Positions 52,889 to 62,800 of a DNA stretch of 64,000 bases are shown here, in pieces. The notes below the pieces were generated by a model that did no database searches, was not told where the DNA came from, and saw only the letters and a program-made list of their open reading frames with translations. Numbering within the stretch: position 1 is the first letter of the stretch; every line of letters begins with the position of its first letter. The stretch covers positions 6,758,001-6,822,000 of the forward strand of contig JBHGNT010000002.1 in assembly GCA_043228905.1 (NCBI GenBank), given 5' to 3'. The stretch comes from Azolla caroliniana (Eukaryota; Plantae; Polypodiophyta). A program made the translations under genes and the position numbers.

Positions 52889-54318
52889 ATGTGGTAGAAC
52901 GCGCATGCCCCTAGGAACCTCTGAACTTCCGTAACCGAGCTACAGTCGGTCTTCATCGCGGAGATGGCTTCTACCTTTGCCAGAGACGGCTTCCGGCCAT
53001 ATGGTCCACATAGGTGTCCGACCACCAGGATTTCCGATTGCCCGAAGGCCGATTTTTCCCCGGAGAAGGTGAGCCTCGCATCCTCTAGCTTTTGCAGCAC
53101 CTTCTCGCAGTCGTCGATGTGTGCTGCCACGAATCGTCGGCATCCGTCCGGCCCGAGTGTCTCGTCCTTCTCTTCCACCGGGCACCCCTTTATTGGGATG
53201 TCGTCTAGAAACGGCATGGTGATGTCCGGGATACAGTCCCTCAGTACCTTGTTCATTGCATTCACCATGTGGGCCACCGAGTTGGTCCCTCCTTGTGGCA
53301 GGGTACACATTCGCACTAGGCCGAGGGGAGTTCGCATCGTCATAATGTCTCTACTCTCCACGGCTAGCTGGAACTGGTCGTACCCCGAGTACAGATCACC
53401 GACCGAGTAAATCGACCTTCCGGCGAAGGCCTCTGCGAACTCGTCTATGGTCGGTCCGATTCCTGCGTTCCGAATGGTCACTCTGTTGACCGACTGCAGG
53501 TCCTGAATGAAGCGCAATGTTCCGTTTTTCTTTGGTACGGTAAACCATCGGTTCGAGTATGGGGCACTCGACGGTTCAAGAATGCCCATATCTACTTTCT
53601 GCCTCAATAGCTCCATCAACTTCGGGATGTGAGCTCTCGGTACCGGAATCGGCTTGAGATTCCATGGCACATGCGGTACCGTGAATATCACCATCGGCTC
53701 CACGATTGTCGGGTCTACGCACACGATCTCTTCCGGCGAGAATGCGAAGGATTTTCCGTGCCTTCCGAGCATTCTCCGAAACCGGTCTTCCTCTGCCGGC
53801 AGCAGGAACCCACCCCCACCGATCTTGAGCTCCCGGAGCGTCCCGTCGGTGAAGGTGTGTCCTATGCAGGCCGGATCTCGTAAACTGGGGTCCGACGCAA
53901 CCCCTCTGATTTGGGACTCGCTGCCCTCCGGTAAGGGTGCCGCGACCGGCCTTACCTTCCGGTCCACAGTCTTGTACTTCGTGCTAACTCGGGCCGTCCG
54001 ATCCGACTCGAGCCCCCGACTGAAGTTCGCGATGACTTCGTACATCTCTTCGGAACATACCGGTATCGTCCGGTCGTCGTTAAGGTCTTCTCCAACAACC
54101 TTCCTCAGCATCCCCAAGGTGTCGTCGAAGGAGACCGCCTCCACGGCCCCGCTGATTTCCTCGTCCGGGCTGAGAATTCCGCACGCTCGAAGTCGCTCCT
54201 CCGCCCTTGCCCTTTCTCGGCCAACGATGCCGACTATCATACATCCTCCGTTGCCGGAGAAGCAGAATTTTCTACCTATCGTACAAGGTTTCCTCGGTTT
54301 CGGTTCTATCATACAACT

Positions 54319-54384
54319 GTGGGGTCTTTCCCGAGTGTCCGGACTGTCTCGGCCCCACGCCTTGGCAGCCCTCTCTAAAAATCC
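54319..54384 (-). promoter_or_regulatory. Predicted -1 ribosomal frameshift signal (slippery site plus pseudoknot)
   Basis: G GAT TTT TAG ends gag-pro, and pol is open in the -1 frame from this point. After a 6-nt spacer, GGGCTG/CAGTCC interleaves with GTGGGG-CCGAG/CTCGG-CCCCAC. Confidence 0.75.
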
Positions 54385-56501
54385 TCCCGGTTCTCGCCAT
54401 CGAGGGATTCGCGGTTCCGCTCGTGGTTCGGTCTCACGGTCAGGAATTGGACCGAATGGCGCCCGTCCTGGCTTTTGACCCTTGCGTAGGCCGAACCGTT
54501 GTCTAGCACCTTGGTCTCCATTCGCGCCGCCGTGATGTATCGTTCACCTAATATGACCGGGTGCGAAGACGTCTCCTGTACGAAGAAGTGTTGGTCAATC
54601 TCGACGTCGCCAATCTTGACTCGTACGTTCGGGCAGGCCCCATGCAGTTCCTCGGTGGCGCGCGTCGCCGCCCGTATCTTCCACCCGTGCTTGGTGTTGA
54701 TCGGCCACTTCCCCTTCTTATAGAAGTCCATGGACATCAGGTTAATTTCCGAACCGTGGTCCACCAGTGCCACCACCGGTTCCTGAACCTCTCCGATCTT
54801 TACCGGGGTCTCCGTGGTCGCTCGGGCCCAGTGTGGCCTCGAATAGTGGCTCTCCGCCCACTCATCTGCCAGCGCCGAGTCGTCGATGTGCGTCGTCCGC
54901 ACCTCTACCGGTCTTTCCGGATCCGTCTTCGTCGACAGCCTCTTCCGTTTCACCAAGTCTACAATGGAGTTGTGGAACTCCTTCTTGGCGATCCCTAGCA
55001 CCTCCCGCAACGACAGCTCCACCTTGCTGTCGAGGATCCGTTCCTCTAGGACCTTCCGTAGGTCCGTAGTCCTTTCTATTTCCGTACCCAGTCGGTATCC
55101 GCCCTTCCTGGGGTTATCTTGCGAGCTGGGCCCGCCGGCATCGTTCCGTCATTGCCCGAATCGGGTCTCGTACCATTGTGAAGGCCCGGTCGCTCCGGCT
55201 TTCCCCACTCGTTTGTCTTCTACCAGAGCCTTGTAGTTCCGGCAGGCGGCTTCTACGAAGCCCGTCTTCTCCTCGACCGGGTCGCTCCACTAGGTTATTT
55301 CCCGGACCCGTCTCTCAGCGCGGTCCGTTTCATCTTTCCTCAGTCGTGCACCGGCGAGGCCTTCCAGCATTGCCGACCAGAATCCGTCTTTGCTCTCCTT
55401 TCGGGCCTCGCTGCCCCCGACCCGAATGCCGGCCGACGCCGAGTAGTGGATGGCCTCCACGTGTCGGGCCGCTGCCTCTTCCATCAGTCTCTTCATACCT
55501 CCTCGCCCGTCGTTTCGGTTTAGGGCCCTTCTGGTGTTGCCGGCATGCACCCGGCCTTCCCACAGGTACACCACCCGGTTCCTCAAGGCCTCTGCGAAAT
55601 CGCCGCAGTCCTTCCGAATGTGGCCGACCTCGTCGCACCACATGCACCTGTTCCCCGTTCCCGGCCGTCGGTCACGAGCCGGTTCGCCGCCTTCCCTTCG
55701 AGTCTGGGCGATCTGGAGATCCTTTATCGCCCGCGTCAACTCCTCCAGTGCCGCTCCTCCGGACGAGCCATTGACCATGCCGGTCGAAGCCAGACCGGTT
55801 TCGAGCCATTCCCGGGTTTCTTCCCTTTGCACTTGCGATGCCGGTTCAGGCCTCCTTGCTGTAACAGAGCCCACACCGGCTGCCTCGTTGTCAGCCCATT
55901 CTCGCCGTTTGTCGAAACGGCCACAGACTCTCTTAACCGCAGCCCAGTCGGTTGTCAGCCCGTCTTCGGTTTCCAGCAAGGAGCCGACTTGATCCCGGTC
56001 CTACTCATCCACCGACTTGACGAACAGTAGGACCCGACTCGTATCCAGAATGGTTCGGTCAAGCGCCGAAAGGCGCGTAAAGCGTTCTTCGAACTCCCGG
56101 AGGAGTGCCGACACGTTTCTTCCTTTGCCGGGGGACTCCACCCATTCCATGAAGTCCCGTTTCGAAAGCCGGAGCGCGTCGTCCAGCCCATATTTCTCTA
56201 GGAGTCGGCCTTCGAACTCCTCCCAGGTACGGCTCTCCGCCCGTACCTCGAGCACCTCCGCATGGATGCTCGGCATCGCCACTCAAGGGAACCCGGCAAG
56301 ACGCCTCTCTTCCGGAATGTCCCGCATCAGCATTTCCGCCCCCTAGGACGCCAAATACTTCGTAGCATCCTTTCCGCTGAAACGGCCGATCGTACCGACA
56401 ACCGCCTCAATGGCTCTGTCGAGGGCGCCGGTGCCCTCGCGTGTGCTCAATATCCGATCCACGGCCGAAGCCATGGGCTCTGCAAGATCCGACCCCCTCA
56501 T
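54375..56501 (-). pseudogene. gag-pro: Gypsy gag-protease ORF1 with several nonsense mutations
   Basis: Same-frame ORF fragments ending at 56343, 56001, 55290 and 54375. Zinc knuckle CMWCDEVGHIRKDC; aspartic protease ALVDHGSEINLM...VILG. Confidence 0.85.
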
Positions 56502-56523
56502 CTTCTGCTCTTTTGCCGCCTCC

Positions 56524-56541
56524 TTCACGTCGGGTTCACCA
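56524..56541 (-). promoter_or_regulatory. Primer-binding site complementary to the tRNA-Trp 3' end
   Basis: The plus strand reads TTCACGTCGGGTTCACCA, the 3' 18 nt of plant cytosolic tRNA-Trp(CCA) as I recall it. It lies 4 nt inside the 5' LTR. Confidence 0.8.
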
Positions 56542-57355
56542 AAGATGTCGAGGTATCCCTCGCGGATGCGTGGAATGAGGCAGGACCTCGGGGGTCCTGT
56601 ACCGAAGAGCAAGAGAGAAAAGGAGAGGGGAAGAGACCCACAAGGTGCGAGCGTAGATTCACAGGGACACGGCCCTTTGACACAGAAACGCGAGTGCGAC
56701 AGCGACACAGAGAGACACGAATGTATGTAGAAATATATATAAACAAGACAGACAACAAGCACGAAGTCGGTTACAACCGAACAGGCCGGCGAACAGATGC
56801 CGATACCTATTTGTAAACTCACAGAAAGGAAGGAGTAGGTTGGAGGTGCTGCCGGAAGCACTCGGGCATTCCTCAGAGCAGCGCGAGCCTCCCGAAACCT
56901 GCACAGATCGAAGCTATGGAGTCTGCGAACCAGAGAGAGAGAGAGAGAAGCCTTCCCACGCAAACCGACAGCACTTCGTCCTCGACTCTCCGCGATGCCT
57001 CTACCCTCCTCGTCTCCCTCCTTTTATAGGCAAGGAAGGAGCCGTTTCCCCTTTACTCCCTACCTACCGAATCTACCTAGGATCTCCTATGTACAACTTA
57101 AGGCGCACGTGCATGAAGAGTCGATTTCTACGCTCCGGTGCACGGATTCCGCTCGTGGATGGTTTTCTTCACGACAACGTAGTGATCGGCCTACGTCTTG
57201 TGGTATCCTTGATCAGTCATGAAGGAGTCGAACTTCCGGTACCATTGTTGGGGAGCCTGCTTCAAACCGCATAGGCTCTTCTTCAACCGGCAAACCAGGT
57301 GCTCCTTCCCTTTCTTCACAAATCCCTCTGGTTGCGTCATGTAGATCTCCTCTTC

Positions 57356-57950
57356 TGTTGGGAAATATGTCCCTCCAGTGGGAGGAAGATCCGACCGTCC
57401 GGAAAGCCGACAGTCGAGGAGCCGAGTTGATGAGGGACTCAGTTGAGGCCGAAACCGGAATCGTGTAAATAGCCAACTCGGGAGACTATACTTGTAAATA
57501 GTCTAAGAGTGCGCCCCATGAGGGCTACGTATGTAAATAACCAGAAAGTTGCATAAGTATATATGCAACTAGGGCAAACTTTTAGCGTGGAACATTGTGT
57601 ACAAAAGTTGTAGTGCGTGGGAGAGAGAGAGACAGAGAGACACAGAGAGAGAGAGAGAGAGATAGAGAGAGTGTGTGTGAGCCGCGCCATAGCTGTGTGA
57701 GTAACAACAAACGCGAAGAGCCCTGTGTGGTTGATACACTCGATAGAGTGTTGTATTCCTCTCGGACCTGTTGTATATCCACTTTGTATAGTGAAGAAAT
57801 CTGTTCACCCGTGGTTTTCCCCGTTTTTCGGGTTTCCACATAAATCTCTGTGCACTCGTGTCATATCTTGTCTTTCTGGTGTATTCTTGTGATTCGTATT
57901 TCAGCGCGTAGTTCGTTTATTGTGATTAATTCCGCAACGATTTCTCAACA
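57356..57950 (+). repeat. Solo LTR (595 bp), copia-type
   Basis: TGTTGGG...CTCAACA flanked by TSD TCTTC (57351-57355, 57951-57955). No PBS or PPT. Shares the GTGGTTTTCCC...GGGTTTCCAC motif with copia LTRs in this window. Confidence 0.92.
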
Positions 57951-59061
57951 TCTTCGAGGTCGCCGTGGAGGAACATCGTCTTCACGTCTAACTGCTCTAC
58001 CTCGAGGTCCATGTTTGCCGCTATGCTCAGCACCGTCCGGATGGAAGTTATCTTTACTACCGGGGCAAATATCTCGCCGAAGTCCACTCCCTTCTTCTAC
58101 TGGAACTCCTTCACCACGATCCTGGCTTTGTACCTTCGGGGGTTTCCGGCATCTCTTGGTTTCAACTTGTACACCCACTTGTTTCGGAGTGCCCTCTTTC
58201 CTTTCGACAACTCCACCAATTCATACGTGTGGTTCTCATGCAGGGAATCCATCTCGTCCTGCATGGCACTCAACCACTTGCGGTTGTGGGTGTCCTCCTT
58301 TGCTTCTTCGAAGCTTTCCGGCTCCCTCTCATTGGTTAGCAACACGTGCTCTGTATCGGGAAATCTCTAGGGGGCCCTTCTGTCTCCGAGAGGATATCTA
58401 TGTCTTTGGTTTCCGGCAACCGGCTCCTCTGTATGTTCTTCATCCGAATCCGATTTGGGATCTTGGCCGGTTCCGGTTCTGGTTCCTACTTCCTCTTCTT
58501 CTTCTGCTGGTTCGGTGTCCTCTCCATAATCGTCCGGTTCTTCGAGTGTTAACCGGCTCTTTGTCGGTTGGGTTTGCATCTCATCGAATCGGTCCTTTCC
58601 GGTCGACTCAGAGTTCATTATCTTCTTCTCTGAGTCCCAGTTGGCAAGAGTCTTGTCCTCCATGAAGATAATATCTTGACTCCGGAACACCTTCTTGTCG
58701 ACGATGTCCCACACTCGGTAATCGAACTCATCATCGCCGTATCCGAGGAATATGCAAGGCCGAGACATTGGATCCAACTTTGCTCTCCGGTCCTTTGCAA
58801 CATGCAAGTAAACGAGACACCCGAAAACCTTTAGATGCCGGTAAGACACTTCCTTACCGGTCCACACTCTCTGCGGTGTGTCTCCGTCCAAGGGCACTAA
58901 GGGTGATCTTTTTATCAAGTACGTCCCAGTCAACAACGCCTCAACCCAAAAAGTCTTGGGTAGCTTAGCATGTGCTAGCATACTCCGGACCCTCTCCATT
59001 ATAGTCCGGTTCATCCTCTTGGCCAGCCCATTTAGTTCCAGCGTCTTCGGCATGGTAAATT

Positions 59062-59801
59062 AGTTCGATGCGTAGTTTGTGAGTTGTCGACTTGTTGAAG
59101 CCGACTCACTTCTCTTTTTCCGACACTCCGCCTCATCATGGCCGACTTTGCCGCAATAATTGCAAGTTGCGGGCCTCGTTTGCTAACCATGTTCGGCATG
59201 GAAGGTCCCCCTTCTTCCGAAGGTTCCTCGATGGCTTCCATGAAGGTTTGAGTTCCCTTCGTATGATGGGTCGAATTGACCTCCTCCTCGGCCATCGTCC
59301 GAATTCGAGAAGAACATTTGTCCTTCTGACATCTTGCTTTTAGTTCGGACATGGTTCTCTTCGACCAATAGCATTGATTGGAGGTCGAAGAATGAAGGAG
59401 GGTTTTCTTCGCCAAGATTGCCGTCCGTAATGGATCGAATCATTGTGCGAGGCCGCCCAAGCATACTTGAACCATCTCGTCTTCGTCGACGTTTATTTTG
59501 ATGGAGCCAAGTGAGTCGCAAATGCTCTTGATCTTGGCGGTGTAGTCCAACACGGACATGTCTTTTTGCCGAATGTTGTTCAACTCTTGTCGGAGTTGAA
59601 GCTTTCAGTCGGTCGTGTTGGCGGCGAACATTTTCTTTAAGTTCGCCCACGCTTCTTTAGGCATCTTGGCGTCTCGAATGCGGCTAAGCATGTGGTCGTG
59701 GACACATGTTGCCAAGCAATACATGATTTGACTCGCCGGTTGCTCCCATGTTGCGTAGTCGGCGTTCTTTGAGTCGGGTCGATTTTCTTGAGCGTTGTTA
59801 A
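59062..59801 (-). mobile_element. Degenerate gag fragment of a different Ty1/copia family
   Basis: WENLK..F.....KLQLRQELNNIRQ..MSV.DY..KIK.I.DSL, PSFFDLQSMLLVEE and CNYCGKVGHDEAEC, with stops and frameshifts. Confidence 0.75.
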
Positions 59802-62800
59802 TGTTGGGAGACAGGTCCCTCCGGATGGGAAAGGAGAAGAACAGTGCCCGAAACCGGATGAGGAGTACCCGGCTACGGAGAGCCGGATGATACAGACCCG
59901 GTGAAGACCAGATGAGGAGTACCCGGCTACGGAGAGCCGGATGATACAGACCCGGTGATGACCGGATGAGGAGTACCCAGCTACGGATGAGGAGCCGGAT
60001 GGTGCAGACCCGGTATGAACCGGATGAAGAGACATATTCGTAAATATGCTTTCTGAGAGTTCATCGAGGCTATATTTGTAAATAGCCGAAAAGTCATATT
60101 AGTATAAATATGACTTAGGGCAAACTTTTAGTTGTTGTTGTCATTCTTGTTGGTGCAAGAATATAGAGAGAGCGCGGAACCGTGTACAGAGAGAGAGAGA
60201 GAGAGAAAGAGGTCGTTGCCTCTGTTGTAACCGCCGCCTGTGGCGAAGATCTGTGAGCACGAGGTCGTTGCCTCAGTGAACTCACTGTTGTATATTCTTA
60301 CATAGTGACAGTTTGCAGCCTGTGGGCTGCCGTGGTTTTTCCCCTAGTTTGGGGTTTTCCACGTAAACCTCCAATGTATCTTCCTCTTCTTTGTGTCGTG
60401 TTCTATTTCCCGTTTTCTGTGTATTATTCTAAGCTCGGTTGTGGCCGAGCGTAGCGCATAAGGAACGTTGAGTTCCTGTCAAGTGGTATCAGAGCGAAAC
60501 GACACAGAAAATGGATGAATCGTTTGGCGGCATGTTCAAGCTCACCGGCTCCAACTATTCAGTGTGGAAGTCGAAGATGAGAGACATGCTCGTGGTTAAA
60601 GATCTTTGGCTACCGGTTCAGTTCGGGGACAAGAGACCGGACAAGATCGACGCCACAATATGGGAGGTGATGCACATGAAGACAACGGCGTACATACGGT
60701 GCTTCATCGACATGAGCCTATACAACAACTTCAATGAAGAGAGCAAGGCTCATGAGCTCTGGGAGAAGATCGGCATAATGTTTCAGAACAAAAATGTTGT
60801 CAATCAGGTGTCGGTATTCCGGAAGCTAGTAAGACTCCGATACCAAGATGGCTCCAGCATGGCGGAGCACATGAATGCCTTCCAGGGGCTGATCCACCAG
60901 GCAACTTCACTGGAAGTACCTCTCGCCGATGAGGTACTAGCGCTACTCCTGCTCGGTTCCCTCCCGGATAGCTGGGAGACGTTGGTTGTCACTTTGGGCA
61001 ACGCCGGGCCGGAAGGAAAGCGGTTATCCCTAGCAAGAGTAAAGTCGAGCTTGCTAGATGAGGAGCCGCGTCGGAAAGATAAGGATACGAGCTCCGACTC
61101 CAAAGCGCTCATTACCGAATTGGAACGCGGAAGACATAGAAACCGTAGTCCCTAGAACCAGGAGAAGTCGGGGACACGGTCAAAGTCAAGGGGGAGGCCT
61201 ACTTACTTCTATTGCGGCAAGCTGGGACACTTCCAGAAGAACTGTCGGCACTTCCGTAAAGACAAGGAAATCGACGGTGCCGACTCGAAGCGGACCCCAG
61301 ACCGGAACAGAAAAGACCGGAGGGGGCCGGACCGGAAGGGAACGACAGCAATCGCGGCAAGTGAAGAAGAGTTGATGCTCATCACCGAGGAGAGTGAGAT
61401 AAACCTTGCCGGCGACGAGATGACCTGGGTGGTAGACTCCGGAGCGTCGTTCCACCTTACCCCGGACCGGAAATGCTTCTCATCCTACTCAGCCGGTGAC
61501 CACGGCTGTGTGTCCGGATGGGGAATGAAGGTATATGCCAAATTGTCGGCATAGGAGACGTGTGGCTGTCAACACCAACCAGATGCAAGTTGTTGTTGAA
61601 GGATGTCATGGCACGTTCCGGAGGTTCGTCTGAACCTGATATCAGCCGGTCGGCTAGATGATGAAGGCTACACGGGTAGCATCCAGAACGGGGTCATGAA
61701 GTTCAGCAAAGGGAGCCTGATTGTGGCTCGGGCCCGGAAGGTCAACACGCTGTACCTGATGAATGCCCGATTATGTCCGGAAGAAGTGAACGTGGCATCC
61801 GACACTGCCGGTGAGCTGTGGCACAAGAGTCTGTGTCATATGAGCGAGAAGGGGATGAAGAGGCTTGCAGACGACAACCTCATTCCAGTGAAGAACGTGC
61901 ACTTACAAAAGTGCATTGATTGTCTGACCGGTAAGCAGAACCGGACCTCCTTTCGACCAAGACCACCGATGAGACGTAATGCACCACTGGAGTTGGTGCA
62001 TACGGATGTGTGTCAGGTAGACACGAAGTCACATGCCGGAGCGCAGTACTTCGTGATGTTCATAGATGATCACAGCCAGAAGCTGTGGACCACACCGTTG
62101 AAGGCGAAGGATCAGGTGTTATCCGTCTTCAAAGAGCTCCACGCGAGAGTGGAAAGAGAAACCGGCCGGAAGCTGAAGGCGGTTCGAGCAGATAATGGAG
62201 GAGAATACCGGGGGCAGTTCGAGGAGTACTGCCGCTCGAAGGGAATCCGGCTCGAATTTACCGTGCCGAAGACGCCGGAACTAAACGGACTGGCCAAGAG
62301 GATGAACCGGACCATCATGGAGAGGGTCCGGAGTATGCTAGCACATGCAAAACTACCCAAGAAGTTTTGGGTTGAGGCACTGTCGACGGCGACATATGTG
62401 ATAAACAGATCACCCTCAGTACCCTTGGACGGAAACACGCCACAGAGAGTATGGACCGGTAAGGAAGTATCCTATCGGCATCTAAAGGTGTTCGGGTGTC
62501 TCGCGTACGTGCATGTAGCTAAGGACCGGAGAGGAAAGCTAGATCCAAAGACCCGGCCATGCATATTCCTCGGTTACAGTGACGATGAGTTCAGCTACCG
62601 AGTGTGGGACCCGGTCGACAAGAAGGTATTCCGGAGTCGAGATATTATCTTCATGGAGGACAAGACGCTCGCAGACTGGGAGTCGGAGAAGAAGATAATG
62701 AACTCCGAGTCGACCGGTAAGGATAGACTCTACGATGAGCAGACCCAACCGGCAAGAGACCGATTAGCACTCGAGGAACCAGCCGGTTACGGTGAGGATA

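Larger units (their letters stand above)
45433..54378 (-). pseudogene. pol: Gypsy pol (RT, RNase H, integrase), split by copia: 54378-52889 joined to 47440-45433
   Basis: RT GDLYSGYDQ/LPQGGTNSV/PFLDD. ...FLGACAFYHI|WIPHYAHV rejoins across the insertion. RNase H TVDTSPTGIG; integrase HHCC, IDL, ADRGE, VERGH and GPY. No chromodomain. Both halves are stop-free. Confidence 0.9.
44729..57176 (-). mobile_element. Full-length non-chromovirus Ty3/gypsy element (tRNA-Trp primed), interrupted by a copia insertion
   Basis: 631-bp TG..CA LTRs at 44729-45359 and 56546-57176, about 12 differences by eye. 4-bp TSD ACGT. PPT AGGTGGGGGCGGA at 45360-45372. PBS present; domain order gag-PR / RT-RH-INT. Confidence 0.94.
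43858..59061 (-). mobile_element. Degenerate Ty1/copia 3' half (integrase-RT-RNase H-LTR) hosting a gypsy and a solo LTR
   Basis: INT/RT at 59061-57956, RT at 57355-57177, RT/RNase H at 44728-44439, PPT about 44432-44441, LTR 43858-44429. About 740-bp internal deletion at 44703 relative to the intact copy. Stops and frameshifts present. Confidence 0.88.

Noticed and set aside
45500-56350. Many overlapping and antisense ORFs in the GC-rich retroelements (e.g. 53654-54478, 48405-48917)
   Set aside because: These are shadow ORFs expected from high GC and codon bias; no domain motifs were seen.
56343-56963. 206-aa ORF from the LTR running in frame into gag (and its 196-aa twin at 44556-45146)
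   Set aside because: It starts at TTG, is low-complexity LTR sequence and shows no recognisable domain. The first ATG in frame is at 56501.
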